A DNA stretch of 63,942 nt, filler included, from Limisphaerales bacterium (GCA_044225505.1; 3 parts of 3 records of this genome joined end to end with filler, not necessarily neighbours in it), one strand, 5' to 3'. Counted from the first letter of the whole stretch, positions 50,401 through 61,802 are shown. The notes: generated by a model not told the origin, from the letters alone. Translations and numbers: made by a program.

Positions 50401-52590
50401 CGGTCAATCTCCAATAACTTCTTGGTGAACCAGTCCCATTATTTTCGAAGATAAATCGATCTCCAGCCCTGGCGTCGAACCGATAGAGGTCCGACTCGTT
50501 GGCCGGATCCAAAGTGCCAACCTTTTCAATACCCGGAGTATACGGCGTTGCCGTGGCAAGATCGATCAATCGGAACGCGAAATCGCCCGTTTCATCTCCC
50601 ACGCCATGGATGGTAAGGACGTACTCTCCCGCATCCAACGACATTGCCGCCGCACTTCGGTTCGGCCCATCGGACGCGCCCAGGGAACGCGCCTGGACTA
50701 CGCGATCGGTTGAACCGTCCAACGTCCAGTCGAGCTGCAGGTTGTTCGACAAAGAGTCAAAGTAAAGAACTGAAGCCGAGGACAAAGTGAAGCGATACAC
50801 CTGAAACTCCCCTGGGCTCGCGATTCTACCGGCGGTCCGCGCTCCAATCACAAGATCGTGTGCCCCATCTCGAATCGGGCGGACCGCAAAGCGATAGAGA
50901 CCCGGTTGCAGGTCGAACACATACCCTTCAACAAGCAATATGTACAGCCCTGTCTCTGGCAATTCGACACGAGATTTGTCAGCGAAATAACCGCGATAGA
51001 CCTCACTCCCTGAAGGCGCTCTCAATTCCCAAAAGAGGTTAGGTGCTCCTTCAAACACGATTTGATCCAAAAAAAGCAATTCACCCCGGGAACCCGCAAA
51101 TCGGTAGGCTACGGTTTGGTTCGCGGGATCCACCCCGCCGCCAATCTCCGCATTGCGTTCTATCGGCACACCAGACGCGATATCGAATAATCGGAATTGA
51201 TAATCACCTATCGCGTCCGAAACGCCGTTGACGGATATGACATAGTTGCCCGGATGGAGCTTCAGCACACTATCGCTGGCACTAGGTCCGTCCGAAGCGC
51301 TGAAAGGGCGCTGGTTCACCAATGTTCCTTCGGGACCGGTGAGTGACCATCGAATACTGGATGAAGGCGTGCGCGAATCGAACGCAACGAGCGTCGTGCT
51401 CGCGAGTTGGAAGCGATACTCGCGCGTCTGGCCAGGGGTGGTGAGGCTGCCAGAGGTTAGCATCCCTAACTCCAACGGCTCGATCGTATCTTGGACCAGG
51501 ACCACGTTAAAGGTAATCTGTCCTTCCACGGCAGTATCTTGGGCATAGCCCTCCAGAGCTAAAGTATACCTACCCGAAACGGGTAGAGTCCGAGGACCCC
51601 GATCCTGGGTCACATAGGCCTGCTCAACCGTCTCGCCCACGGGATCCAAAAGGCGCCAATACGCGTTGGACAATTCATTGGTCGACAGAAAATCAAAGTA
51701 ATACCGCGCCCCGGCACGGGCCTCGAAACTGTAAAGCGCCGTCGCGGTCGCTGGAGTGAGCGTTTTCGTGATCGGCGTTCCGGGAGTAAAAGGCGTCGCC
51801 AGGCTTAAGTCTAATAGCCGAAACGCATACGGCATCCGTCCCGACGTGGCGCGCGTGATGCGCAACTGATACTCACCCGGGATCAGCCACGGCGTGGCTC
51901 CGGATCCCGCTCCGTCGGAACTGTTCAACGCTCGGTTAATCTCGAGCCGCCCTGTCGGGCCTTCGAGTGACCAAAAGCCACCGGGGCTATTCGTCAGGGT
52001 ATCAAACGCCAAAAGCACCTCGGATGAAACCGTAAATCGAAAGTCATTTGCCGAGGCGTTGGTCAGAACGCCGCTAACCACCCCGCCCAAAGTGATTGCC
52101 ATTCCCGACAACGGTGGAATCACCTCGTTGCCTTGAGGAGCCACCAGAAATGAATAGGAATCTGTTCCACTGCTTGAAATATAACCTTCCAAGAGGAGGG
52201 TATACGTTCCACCGATCTTGAGTGGGCCCACGGAGACATTATTGAACACCCGCTCGAAGATGGCATGGCCGTACGGATCTAAGAGCCGCCAAAACAGATT
52301 AGGCGCCTCCCCAGGTTGCGACAATCTCTCGCACTGAAACTTATCTCCGACAGCCGCCGTGAACGTGTAGAGGTGCGTTTCGTTCGCCGGCGCGAGATTA
52401 TTGGAAACGATCGTCCCCGGCACAATCGCCTGGGCACCGGCGAGCTTGAGGAAGCGGAACCGATAGTCGTTGGTAGTCGCGTTGCTCGCTTCCACCGTCA
52501 GCGTATAATCTCCCGGAAACAGAGTAAGCACCGGGGCGGAAGCGCTGGGACCATCGCTTGCAGTAAAACTCCGGTGCGAGACGACCGAAC
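41480..52590 (-). CDS. Giant surface/adhesin-like protein (>3700 aa, 5' truncated): PPC-like repeats, CARDB, Calx-like, Cys-rich core, cadherin/Ig repeats, C-terminal YFRV domain
   Basis: Frame is open from the gap to 41480; PDL.V..V.W.VRNSG..D..N.V.E.NE.NN CARDB motifs; NxPP..D.D.P...L.F.L..GA.I...G..WTP cadherin-like units. Confidence 0.9.
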
Positions 52591-52690
52591 NNNNNNNNNN
52601 NNNNNNNNNNNNNNNNNNNNNNNNNNNNNNNNNNTTAATTAATTAANNNNNNNNNNNNNNNNNNNNNNNNNNNNNNNNNNNNNNNNNNNN
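52591..52690. other. Artificial contig linker
   Basis: N44-TTAATTAATTAA-N44. Confidence 0.98.
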
Positions 52691-52692
52691 AG

Positions 52693-54450
52693 AACTACAT
52701 TTACTGGCTGGCTCAAGATGCGAATCACACACTTTCAGAACCGGAAAAGATTCCGTATTCGGGCAGTCTGCAAGCGTTGCAAGTATTGGACATTCAAGGG
52801 GACGGCCGGGACGACTTGCTCCTGGTTAACTGGGAGAACACAAATCCTTTTCGCTTTCGGCTTCAGGACGATAAAGGCGGACTAGGACCCGAAATTCACT
52901 TTGCGCTTCCTCCTATTCGATCCTATTGGGCTGACGACTTAGATGGAGACCATAAAACAGAGGTCGTGACGGTGGCGCAAAAGTCAGGACGCGCCCAGGT
53001 CTCACACTTTGTGCGGAAGGATGCCGAGCCGCTTGCTGGGGAATGGTTTCAAGGTCAGTTCGAGCTCCTGCCGCTAAGCAAGACGGCCAAGGCCCGACGG
53101 GGAATCGTTTGTGCGGATGTCAATGGCGATGGATTGCCAGATCTGCTAGCCGCAGAGCCGGAAAGTGGCCAACTTACGCTTCATCTTCAGCTCGCGGAAG
53201 GTCGTTTCGCCGTGGCGAAGACATTCCCGACTGCCATCGGCGTCGCTGATTTGGCGGTGGCCGACTGGGACGGCGATGGCACTCCGGATATTTTTACGCT
53301 CAGCACGGACGAGCGTCAGATTGGCGTGACCCACTACGATGAGAAGGGCGGAATTGCTTTTCCAAAAGTGCTTCCGGTCGACGGCAGGCCGTTGGCGTTG
53401 ACCGCGGGGACCATCGAGGCGAGCGGCAAGGCAGCGCTCGTCGTTATCCTCGATCAAGATGGGCGCCGGGAAATGCAGCTGCTCAGTGCGGGCGGGGAGG
53501 TTCGTCGCCAGAAACTGGACGAGAATTTCAAATCGAATCCAACTTCCATTTCCTTGCTCGATGTCGACCAAGATGGGCTGATGGATATGGTCGTCCTGAT
53601 TCCATACGAGAAAATCAAGATCTTGCGTCAAGTCGCCGGGAAGGATTTTGAAGAACTGGACGTCTTGCCTCCTGGCGGGAGTGCGGAACAACCTTGGTTG
53701 AGTTCGTCGGACATTGACGGAGATGGCAAGGCCGAGTTGCTTTTGGCGCAGCGAAACTTCCTGCGAGCCGTGGTGCTTCGGCCGGAAGAGAGGAGTCCAA
53801 GTAATAAACGGACAGGCTGGTCCCTGGTGGTGAAGGAGCAGATCAACGGTGCGGCCAGCAATTCGCGTATCACGGCTGCGGCCAGTCTTCGCAACGGGAC
53901 GAATCGCTTTGATTCGTTGTTCTTGTTGGATGCTGAGAGAAAGGTTCTGACGCTGTGTGACCGGAATACCAACGGGACCTGGCAAGTCGTGCGGAATCTT
54001 CCGTTGCCCGTGACGGATTTCCGCGGGCTCCAAGCGTTAGCCCTCGGGGGGACCAATGCTAACAGCATCGCTTTTCTGGGCTTGAATGCGGTGGGTTGGC
54101 TCCGTTTGCGCGGCCAGGTTTGGGAGTTCTCTGAACTTGATGGCTACGAAACTCCGATCAAGGACGGCTATTTGAACGACGTCGTTTCAGGAGATCTCAA
54201 TCAAGACGGTCGCAAGGACCTGGTGTTTCTTGAAACAGGCAAGAGTTACATCGACGTCGTGACCTTCGAAGCACCTCATGAACTTGTCCCGGCTAATCGC
54301 TGGCAAGTCTTTGAAGAACGAACGTTTCGGGGACGACGCGCGGATGCTTCGGAGCCTCGGGAAGCGCTCATCGCAGATGTTACCGGCGACGGCAAGAACG
54401 ACTTGGTGGTACTCGTCCACGATCGCGTCATCCTCTACCCGCAAGAGTAG
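52693..54450 (+). CDS. FG-GAP/VCBS repeat protein (5' truncated)
   Basis: Frame is open from the gap; repeated DxxGDGxxD/EL motifs. Confidence 0.88.
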   Translation, partial: NYIYWLAQDANHTLSEPEKIPYSGSLQALQVLDIQGDGRDDLLLVNWENTNPFRFRLQDDKGGLGPEIHFALPPIRSYWADDLDGDHKTEVVTVAQKSGRAQVSHFVRKDAEPLAGEWFQGQFELLPLSKTAKARRGIVCADVNGDGLPDLLAAEPESGQLTLHLQLAEGRFAVAKTFPTAIGVADLAVADWDGDGTPDIFTLSTDERQIGVTHYDEKGGIAFPKVLPVDGRPLALTAGTIEASGKAALVVILDQDGRREMQLLSAGGEVRRQKLDENFKSNPTSISLLDVDQDGLMDMVVLIPYEKIKILRQVAGKDFEELDVLPPGGSAEQPWLSSSDIDGDGKAELLLAQRNFLRAVVLRPEERSPSNKRTGWSLVVKEQINGAASNSRITAAASLRNGTNRFDSLFLLDAERKVLTLCDRNTNGTWQVVRNLPLPVTDFRGLQALALGGTNANSIAFLGLNAVGWLRLRGQVWEFSELDGYETPIKDGYLNDVVSGDLNQDGRKDLVFLETGKSYIDVVTFEAPHELVPANRWQVFEERTFRGRRADASEPREALIADVTGDGKNDLVVLVHDRVILYPQE

Positions 54451-54485
54451 AGGACCAAGAGGCGAGCGGACGTGCCGTTAGTGCA

Positions 54486-56426
54486 TCACTGCTTTAGTTT
54501 CGGCGGCGTTGGGGCAAAGGCCTTCCAACTCAATCCTGCATCCGAACTCGACAACGAATAGACGAAGAAGTGGAAGTAGTTGGATATCTTGTCGAATGGC
54601 GGCATGAGGGAAGCGTCGAACCATGTCTTGACGTTCCGATGCTCTTCTCCGCCCGTTCCCTTCCCGCCAATGGGAGCCAAGGCCAGCAACTTGTCCAAGG
54701 CCGCACTTTCGTGTTTGGCGGACTCCAGCCATAAACGCATCGACAGCGCTTGGTTCTCATAACCAAAAGACCCTGCGTTCATCCCGCCGACCTTCTGACC
54801 CGCTTCGCTTAAGCCGGCCATATCGCGCAAGGGTTTGCCCCTCAGTTCAGAGGTTCGGAGGTATTCCTCCAGAGTCGCTGGATCACGTGAAAGGGCCGCG
54901 TAACCGGAGCCTGACGCGAAGCTAAGGCTTCGCGCCGCTGGACCCGCCCCACCGCCGCCCGGTTCATCCGCACCTGGACCACTGGCAAGCGATAACGAAT
55001 AAATCTTGCGTCCGAGGAATTCGCGTTCTGACAAGTTGGATTCGCCTCCCGCCAGCGGCATCAAGCCAGTTGCCGCTTTGACCCCCTGAACCAGCTGATC
55101 GGCATTGGCCGAGCCGATCAGGACTAAGGACCGCGACACGGGCTCTTTGTCCGGTCCTGCTGGGGCGGGAGTTTTCTCCATAGACATAAAGTCATCGCCC
55201 AGGTTTCCAATCAAAGCTTTCTTAAGGTCGAAGTTCGGATCCGCATCTTTGCCCGCCGCCTGGAGGCCCATTTGGAGAATCCCAGATAGCTCTGGTGAGA
55301 TCGCCGTAAGCATGGTTTCGATAGTCGCCCACGATTTCTGCCCATCCACGCGCCAGCGGCTGAATTTCAGGACATCAGCCCCGACGAACGGCGGAGGCGT
55401 GGCGTCCTTCGGTGCGATCTCTAACAGGCGAAAGAGCCCCTGACGCTGTGCCGCGGGGACGTTGAGAAAAACTTCGGCCGACGTGCCATCGCCGTTGCTG
55501 GCAATGCGCGCGCCGAGAGTTTTCAATCCGGAGAGACCACTCGCGGCCAAGACCTTATCGGCTCGCGGAGCCAGAGGATTGCCTGCTTTCGCGGTTTTGG
55601 CAGAGTCCTTGATCTGTTTCTCAATGACCTCGTAGATGCGGGTAAAATTGAGCCAGCCGAAGCCTAGCGCATCCCGAAAGAGCGCGCCTTGGCTGGTTTC
55701 GTAAAGGCCCTGTTCAGCGAGAGCGGGAGCCAATCCACCAGCCAACCGGGCCAAGATGCGCTCGATCTGGCCGGCATTGTTGCTGACCAGTAAGAGGGAT
55801 CCCGATTGTCCAAAAGAGATTTCGGTCTTTTCTAACTTCTTGGCCTTCGATGGGGCATCCCCCGCGTCATCATCGGGCTTATCCGCCGCATCCTTGCGAT
55901 CGAACGCCTTGGCGAGATCGTCACTGCTCACGATCAGCGTGGAGACCTCGATGTCGCGAATTCGGTCTGTTTTTAACACTTTGCCAGCGTCGACCCACTT
56001 TCGCTTGAGTTCGCTCAGGCGAGTTTTCAAGAGTTCCTGCTTGTCCTTGACGTCCAGGAGGAAGACCACCCCCGGATTGGCATCGGGTTGCGTGCCCCAA
56101 CCGTTCTGGACATACGCGAGACTGACCTGGCCATGAAGCAAGTCGGCATAATCGGCGAGTCGAATGCCCAGGCGCTTCTCCAACGGCCCCTCAAAGTCGT
56201 CTTTCCAACCTTGAATTACCTTATCGCGGAATGGTTTCATGGCCGGATCTGCCCACAGTTTGCCGTAGGCCGATTCCGTCCATGCACGAAACGCCTTATC
56301 CCAGTCTGGAACTGAGATAAGACCAAGCGTGTCCGCGGGAAGGAGTTGAGCGGCAGGCGGTGTCGCCGCGAGACAGGGCAGGGCGGCGCAGGTCAGCCAC
56401 GTCAGGATCGAAATTGCACGTATCAT
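54486..56426 (-). CDS. Secreted hypothetical protein (DUF3352-like)
   Basis: Signal MIRAISILTWLTCAALPCLA; LLPADT..LWADPAMKPF..LGDD..LPPFDKISNYF pattern typical of PVC proteins. Confidence 0.7.
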   Translation of the reverse strand: MIRAISILTWLTCAALPCLAATPPAAQLLPADTLGLISVPDWDKAFRAWTESAYGKLWADPAMKPFRDKVIQGWKDDFEGPLEKRLGIRLADYADLLHGQVSLAYVQNGWGTQPDANPGVVFLLDVKDKQELLKTRLSELKRKWVDAGKVLKTDRIRDIEVSTLIVSSDDLAKAFDRKDAADKPDDDAGDAPSKAKKLEKTEISFGQSGSLLLVSNNAGQIERILARLAGGLAPALAEQGLYETSQGALFRDALGFGWLNFTRIYEVIEKQIKDSAKTAKAGNPLAPRADKVLAASGLSGLKTLGARIASNGDGTSAEVFLNVPAAQRQGLFRLLEIAPKDATPPPFVGADVLKFSRWRVDGQKSWATIETMLTAISPELSGILQMGLQAAGKDADPNFDLKKALIGNLGDDFMSMEKTPAPAGPDKEPVSRSLVLIGSANADQLVQGVKAATGLMPLAGGESNLSEREFLGRKIYSLSLASGPGADEPGGGGAGPAARSLSFASGSGYAALSRDPATLEEYLRTSELRGKPLRDMAGLSEAGQKVGGMNAGSFGYENQALSMRLWLESAKHESAALDKLLALAPIGGKGTGGEEHRNVKTWFDASLMPPFDKISNYFHFFVYSLSSSDAGLSWKAFAPTPPKLKQ

Positions 56427-56496
56427 AGGCGGTTTTATCAAGAGACGCGCGGGAGAGAAGTTTTCCACCCGCCGTGAGTTCTGCCCGGGGCACCGG

Positions 56497-57501
56497 TTAA
56501 GGTTCCGGATTGATTTTGCCGATCCGGCTGGGCGGTTCCAGGTATCGGTATGGGCTGCTCGGATTATCGTTATCGTAGGCGTAGGCGTCGCGATGATCGA
56601 GGAAATGCTTAACGGTCGATACCGGAATCGCGAAGCCCAGTCCTTCCCCAAACGCTATCTTCATATTGGTGACGCCGATGACTTCGCCACGAAGATTGAA
56701 GAGGGGGCCGCCGCTATTTCCGGGATTAATTGGCGTCGTTGTTTGCAGGTAAAGCTCACCCTGCATCGGACGAGTCTTGGTGCTGACAATCCCCTCCGTC
56801 ACTGTTCGTTCCAATCCTAACGGGCTGCCAATGGCAAAGACTCGCTCCCCAACCCAGAGGTCCTCCGAATCCCCCAACGGCACGGTTGCGAACTTCGGCG
56901 CGTCCTTGTCCTCGATTTTCAGTAATGCTAAGTCAGCAAACTTGTTCATAGCGACGATGCGCACCTGTTTATAGCTTCGGCGATTGAGCTGCCCGTCCTT
57001 CTGATGATACACTTCAACCGAGATTTGTGTTTCACTTTCAATGACGTGGAAGTTGGTAATTAAATAGCCCTCTTCCTGGATGATAAAGCCGGAACCCAAC
57101 CCGCTCGGCGTTCGAACTTGCACCACGGCCTCCCCTCGTAATCCAACCAAATCCCGCACGCTGCGGTCGGGTCCCGATCCTTCCCCTGGGCGGTAGAGCG
57201 CTCCCTTATCTACGGGAACTGTCCGTGGCGTCTTGATCAATGCCGCTTTCTCAGGTTCAACGGCCTTTGACTCCGTTCTGGTCGCCGGGACCTCCGCTGA
57301 GGCATCACCCGATTGTATCTTCAAAATCTGCGCACGAGGGACCAGAATAACCGTAAAGCCAAGGTCGACAACGACTTGATCGGGCTTTTCGGTCAGCACG
57401 CGCCCTGTGATTGCGGCATTATCCTTGAGCTGAATGATATCTGCTGCCAAGGCGTTTGCGCAGAAGAAGAACGCTAGGACCCAGTTCGTCCGGTAGAACA
57501 T
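56497..57501 (-). CDS. Trypsin-like serine protease (S1C/HtrA-like, no PDZ)
   Basis: GSGFII, TNFHV, DLALLKI, INPGNSGGPL; signal peptide from ATG 57501. Confidence 0.93.
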   Translation of the reverse strand: MFYRTNWVLAFFFCANALAADIIQLKDNAAITGRVLTEKPDQVVVDLGFTVILVPRAQILKIQSGDASAEVPATRTESKAVEPEKAALIKTPRTVPVDKGALYRPGEGSGPDRSVRDLVGLRGEAVVQVRTPSGLGSGFIIQEEGYLITNFHVIESETQISVEVYHQKDGQLNRRSYKQVRIVAMNKFADLALLKIEDKDAPKFATVPLGDSEDLWVGERVFAIGSPLGLERTVTEGIVSTKTRPMQGELYLQTTTPINPGNSGGPLFNLRGEVIGVTNMKIAFGEGLGFAIPVSTVKHFLDHRDAYAYDNDNPSSPYRYLEPPSRIGKINPEP

Positions 57502-57652
57502 GCTGGGACCATACCGCCAGGTCTTGGCCTTGACAAGTTTCAGCAGACTCGCCCGGAGCGAATCTGCTTGCGAACCAGAGGATGCGAGCAAGGTTGGCCA
57601 GCGGCCTTGTCTTGAGGTCAAAGGGAAGGCGCGCTCCCAATGGAGCTCTGAG

Positions 57653-58447
57653 CTACTTGCTTGGGTCGTACGTCGCGAGGCGGAAACGTTCCAGGTCGCG
57701 ATCGCCTTTTTTGGTGGTTTCGTTAATGCCGTTCTTAAACTTACTGGTCGTCGGTTCATACCACTTCCAAAACTCGGCGTGTCCGTCGGCCATTGAAACG
57801 ATTCCACCGTTGCCGTGCCGACTGGCGGGCCCATTCTGCCAGAAGCCTGCATTGGGAACGGTCGCTTGCACGGCGAAGTATCCATCATCAATGCTCTTTG
57901 CGTGTTCATCGACGAACACAAACGCTTGCGATGGACTTGGTTGGGTAATGGTCGAAAGCTTCTTAAAGTTTGGCGCGGTGGGGTTTACGAAGGTCACATC
58001 TGTCTCTCCCATACGCCCGCTCATCGAGAAGCTTCGAACTCGGATAATGCTCTTGAGGCCTTGCTTGAACGCGACATCAGCGGGGCATTTGTAAATCTCC
58101 AACGAGTTATTATAGGGGTAGAGTCGGCCATTGCGGATGTCGTTGATGTTCGTCCAGCCAGGGGCGACATTGACGTTCCCACCAATCCACGAGTTCGTAT
58201 TCCCGAGATAATTTGGAGCCAATTTGTCAACATTATCATCGGCATACATGATCCAAGCCAGCGTCAGTTGCTTCTGATTATTCAGGCATTTGATGCCGGT
58301 AGCCTTCAATTTGGCCTTGCTCAAGGCCGGCAAGAGCATGCCAGCGAGAATGGCGATAATAGCAATGACAACGAGCAGTTCAATCAACGTGAACGCCTTG
58401 CCGTTTCTGCTGCTGCAGACATTTATTTCATTCCTATTCATACGCAT
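57653..58447 (-). CDS. Prepilin-type N-terminal cleavage/methylation protein with H-X9-DG motif
   Basis: [51 protein letters not shown]. Confidence 0.95.
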   Translation of the reverse strand: MRMNRNEINVCSSRNGKAFTLIELLVVIAIIAILAGMLLPALSKAKLKATGIKCLNNQKQLTLAWIMYADDNVDKLAPNYLGNTNSWIGGNVNVAPGWTNINDIRNGRLYPYNNSLEIYKCPADVAFKQGLKSIIRVRSFSMSGRMGETDVTFVNPTAPNFKKLSTITQPSPSQAFVFVDEHAKSIDDGYFAVQATVPNAGFWQNGPASRHGNGGIVSMADGHAEFWKWYEPTTSKFKNGINETTKKGDRDLERFRLATYDPSK

Positions 58448-58607
58448 CGTCTCCGCGGGACCGGGGTGGTTCGAGATCAGTGTTATCGTGGTTTAACGAG
58501 TTCGTCAACGGTGTGCTGGCAAACGCACGCGAATATTCGCGTGCGGTCTTCTCCTTGCCGTTCGCCTCGACGAGACGGACGGCCCGATGTGCCTCTTCAT
58601 TGCTTTA

Positions 58608-58696
58608 TAACACGGAGATAACACGGGTTTAACACGGATTTAACAGGGATTACATCCGTGTTAAAAGCGTGCTAAAGCCCTGTGAACTCCTTGTTA
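58608..58696. promoter_or_regulatory. Palindromic array of eight TAACACGG-like boxes at 11-bp period
   Basis: Forward boxes at 58608, 58619, 58630, 58641; inverted boxes at 58656, 58667, 58678, 58689. Confidence 0.75.
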
Positions 58697-59058
58697 TTAG
58701 CGAATCGAGAAGGTGAAGATTCCCCGTGAAGATCGAGCGACGCCCAAACGCATGGGGTGAGGGCATTGGGGCGGCTGTGCGCCTACGCCCCGCCGCACGC
58801 ACCTTAAACCTTCATTGATAACGAACGGTGGAGGAACGGCTGAAGGCTTCGTCCGGAAGGGGCAGGGAACTCGATGACTTAGACGCCCTGTCCTGAGCGG
58901 CGGATGGAGCCGGTATCGGTGTGGCGATTTCCGAGACCAAAGCCCTATTCCCTTTTCCATGGCCCGTCCGGCTTCTCCTGGTAAGGCGATCAGGGCTTGA
59001 AGTCCAAACTTCCTATGGAAGACTGGAACCGCATCCGTGACCGACGCGCGAGTTAACC

Positions 59059-59886
59059 ATGAAACGTAGCCTCAAAATTGCGCCCCTAGTCATCGCGGGG
59101 CTTGTCATTCTCTTCCAGTTTTGCTCTTCGGAGAAGTTCACTAATCCGGTTACCGGGCGGAAAGCGCGGGTTGCGCTATCCACGCAGGACGAGGCGGCGC
59201 TAGGGCTACAAAGTTACCGCGAGGTGCTCTCTCAATCTGAGGTGATTCAGAGTGGCCCGGAAGTGGATCAGGTCGTTCGGGTGGCCAAACGCCTGGCCGC
59301 GGCCACGGGAGCTTCGTCAAAAGACTTTGATTGGCAAGTGACGGTGATTCGAAGTTCCCAGGCCAACGCCTTCTGTTTGCCTGGCGGGAAGATCGCGGTC
59401 TACACCGGGATTCTGCCTTTTACCCAGACTGACTCAGGGTTAGCGACGGTGATGGGGCATGAAATGGCGCATGCCACGTCGCGGCACGGATCGCAACGAC
59501 TGCTGCAACAGACCCTTGCTCAGACTGCCATGACGGGCGCGGCCTATTCACTAAGCGACTTTGAGCCTCAGAAGCGTGGCTTGATCATGGCTGCCATCGG
59601 AGCCGGGGCGCAGTATGGAGTGCTCCTCCCGTTCGGCCGCGACCATGAGACCGAAGCGGACGAAATTGGTCTGATTTACATGGCCCGGGCGGGATATAAT
59701 CCCCAAGAGAGCGTCGGTTTCTGGGAGCGCATGGCTCAGGCTGGGAATCGCCAACCGCCTGAATTCATGTCGACACATCCATCGCACGGCACTCGCATCG
59801 CACGGTTGCAGAGTGCGATGCCGAAAGCGATGGAGGAATATCGAAAGTCTGGGGGAGAAACAAAACAAGACGCGGAACGACGTTAA
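59059..59886 (+). CDS. M48 family zinc metallopeptidase
   Basis: NAFCLPGGKIAVYTG, GHEMAH, ETEADEIG, FMSTHPS. Confidence 0.95.
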   Translation: MKRSLKIAPLVIAGLVILFQFCSSEKFTNPVTGRKARVALSTQDEAALGLQSYREVLSQSEVIQSGPEVDQVVRVAKRLAAATGASSKDFDWQVTVIRSSQANAFCLPGGKIAVYTGILPFTQTDSGLATVMGHEMAHATSRHGSQRLLQQTLAQTAMTGAAYSLSDFEPQKRGLIMAAIGAGAQYGVLLPFGRDHETEADEIGLIYMARAGYNPQESVGFWERMAQAGNRQPPEFMSTHPSHGTRIARLQSAMPKAMEEYRKSGGETKQDAERR

Positions 59887-59956
59887 GGCGAGAGCACCGA
59901 GCCAGTGAGTTTCGACATGGCCGGTGGGGCTGGGTGATAGCTCGAGCGGCGAGGAA

Positions 59957-60364
59957 CTAGGCGGAACTGGCCTTGGTGAGACGTTCCACCGCAGACTGAA
60001 CTCCCTGCAGCACACGGACGATTTCCGCACGCGTCTGTTCGGTCGGTGGGTTTTTGGGATCGTCCATCAGAGCGGTCATTCGTTCCAGCAGGACGGGGGT
60101 TCGCTTTTGCAGGCTGCCCACGTTTTTCTCCCAAACGAGCTTTTTGTTCGCCAGGCGAAGGAGGACGGTCAGGTAATCGATATCCTGGCGCGTTGACCTG
60201 GGACTCGGGTATTCAGCATTGGCTGCGGCCAGTTCAATCTGCAGCTCACCGACGGTCTTTTCGCACCGCTCAATATCTTGGACAAGCGACTCAAATTCAT
60301 TGATGAGTTGCTGCTGCAATTGCAGGCTTTTTTGGGCCAATTTGATGTCCTTGAGCGATGACAT
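59957..60364 (-). CDS. Hypothetical coiled-coil protein
   Basis: 135 aa helical, heptad-like composition; fills the gap between two clear genes. Confidence 0.7.
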   Translation of the reverse strand: MSSLKDIKLAQKSLQLQQQLINEFESLVQDIERCEKTVGELQIELAAANAEYPSPRSTRQDIDYLTVLLRLANKKLVWEKNVGSLQKRTPVLLERMTALMDDPKNPPTEQTRAEIVRVLQGVQSAVERLTKASSA

Positions 60365-60452
60365 GATCGCCCAGAGTGTCGTCTACCATGGCCGCAGGAG
60401 CAACCCCGTAAAATTGACTTTCGCGAATCCAACGGCGCGCTAACCTGCGGTT

Positions 60453-61802
60453 ATGACCCAACTCTCTCGACGGAACTTCACGAAATCAGTCGTGGTGGCG
60501 AGTGCCGCGGCCACGCTACGACCTTGGCGCGTGCTTGGGGCGAATGATCGGGTTCGTGTCGGGTTTATTGGGCTGGGCAACCGTGGCGATCAGGTGCTGG
60601 ACGGTTTCCTGGCACAGCCCGATGCCGAAGTGGTGGCGATCTGCGATCTGAATGAAAGTTATCTCGACTTTGCGTCCAAGAAGATCGGGAGCAATCCCAA
60701 GCGTTATAAAGATTATCGCGCGTTGCTCGAAGCCAAGGATGTGGATGCGGTGGCGATTTGCACGCCGGATCACTGGCATGCCTTGATGACGATCGCCGCT
60801 TGCCAGGCGGGTAAGGATGTCTACGTCGAAAAGCCGCTCTCCCTGTGCGTTGCGGAAGGGCGCAAGATGGTGGAAGCGGTTCGTCAACACCAACGCGTTT
60901 GCCAAGTCGGAATTCACCGGCGCTCCTCCCCAGTTTGCCGTGAGGCCGCGGAGATCGTGCGGAGCGGCGTCCTCGGGAAAATCACCGTTGCGCGTGCCTT
61001 TCATATTCAGAACGAATGGCCAAAGGGGATTGGCAATCCGAGAGAGACGGAGCCGCCCGCCGGTTTTGATTGGGACCAGTGGCTTGGGCCAGCTCCGAAG
61101 GTGCCCTACAACAAGAACCGAACGTTTTATCGTTTCCGATGGTTCTACGACTATTCTGGGGGGCAAGTCACGAATTTCGGGGTGCATTACCTCGACTTCA
61201 TCCATTGGGCACTTGGGCAAAATGCTGCCCGTTCCGTAACGGCCCTGGGCGGCAAATTCGCGGGCATGGACGACAATCGCGAGATTCCCGACACTCTGGA
61301 AGCGGTTTGGCAGTATCCGGGAGAGACCCTGGTGACGTTCTCTCAGTTCAATGCCACGGCCGCCCCGGCCGGGCTGAGAAATGGAGAAATCGAGTTTCGT
61401 GGAACGAAGGGGACCCTTTATCTCCAAGGCAACGGCTATGAGATCGTGCCGGATGCCATCACGGAAAATGAATTCCCCGCACGATCTCCCGTGGACCGTG
61501 CGGGCGATCGGCGTTGGCGAGTCGGGGAAAAAGCGGTTATCGAAGCTAAGAAAGCAACGGGCGACTCCGATACGGCGCGGCACGCGCGCAACTTTGTAGA
61601 CTGTGTCAAGAGTCGCCAGGCTTGCTTCTGCGATGCTGAAACCGGTCATCGCAGCACGTCCGCGACCTTAATCGCTAACATTGCGCACAAAACCCATTCG
61701 CTTTTGGACTGGGACGCAGCGGCGGAGCGGTTTACGAACAACTCCAAAGCCAACGAGCTGCTTCGATATCAATATCGAGCTCCGCATCAGTTTCCAGGCT
61801 GA
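60453..61802 (+). CDS. Tat-exported Gfo/Idh/MocA oxidoreductase
   Basis: SRRNF Tat motif, [32 protein letters not shown]. Confidence 0.95.
   Translation: MTQLSRRNFTKSVVVASAAATLRPWRVLGANDRVRVGFIGLGNRGDQVLDGFLAQPDAEVVAICDLNESYLDFASKKIGSNPKRYKDYRALLEAKDVDAVAICTPDHWHALMTIAACQAGKDVYVEKPLSLCVAEGRKMVEAVRQHQRVCQVGIHRRSSPVCREAAEIVRSGVLGKITVARAFHIQNEWPKGIGNPRETEPPAGFDWDQWLGPAPKVPYNKNRTFYRFRWFYDYSGGQVTNFGVHYLDFIHWALGQNAARSVTALGGKFAGMDDNREIPDTLEAVWQYPGETLVTFSQFNATAAPAGLRNGEIEFRGTKGTLYLQGNGYEIVPDAITENEFPARSPVDRAGDRRWRVGEKAVIEAKKATGDSDTARHARNFVDCVKSRQACFCDAETGHRSTSATLIANIAHKTHSLLDWDAAAERFTNNSKANELLRYQYRAPHQFPG

Noticed and set aside
53146..54033. Long antisense ORFs (also 60516-61649, 19945-20751, 57815-58621, 8666-9454)
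   Set aside because: Shadow frames opposite well-supported genes in GC-rich DNA, with no motifs.
56427..57921. Extended N-termini in the ORF track (54486..56651, 56497..57921; likewise 24946..26061 and 40326..41567)
   Set aside because: The extensions overlap neighbouring genes. Downstream ATGs (56426, 57501, 25827, 41300) give clean signal peptides.
58608..58696. Repeat array as a CRISPR
   Set aside because: Units are 8 bp with 3-bp gaps; no 23-50-bp repeats, no unique spacers and no cas genes in the window.
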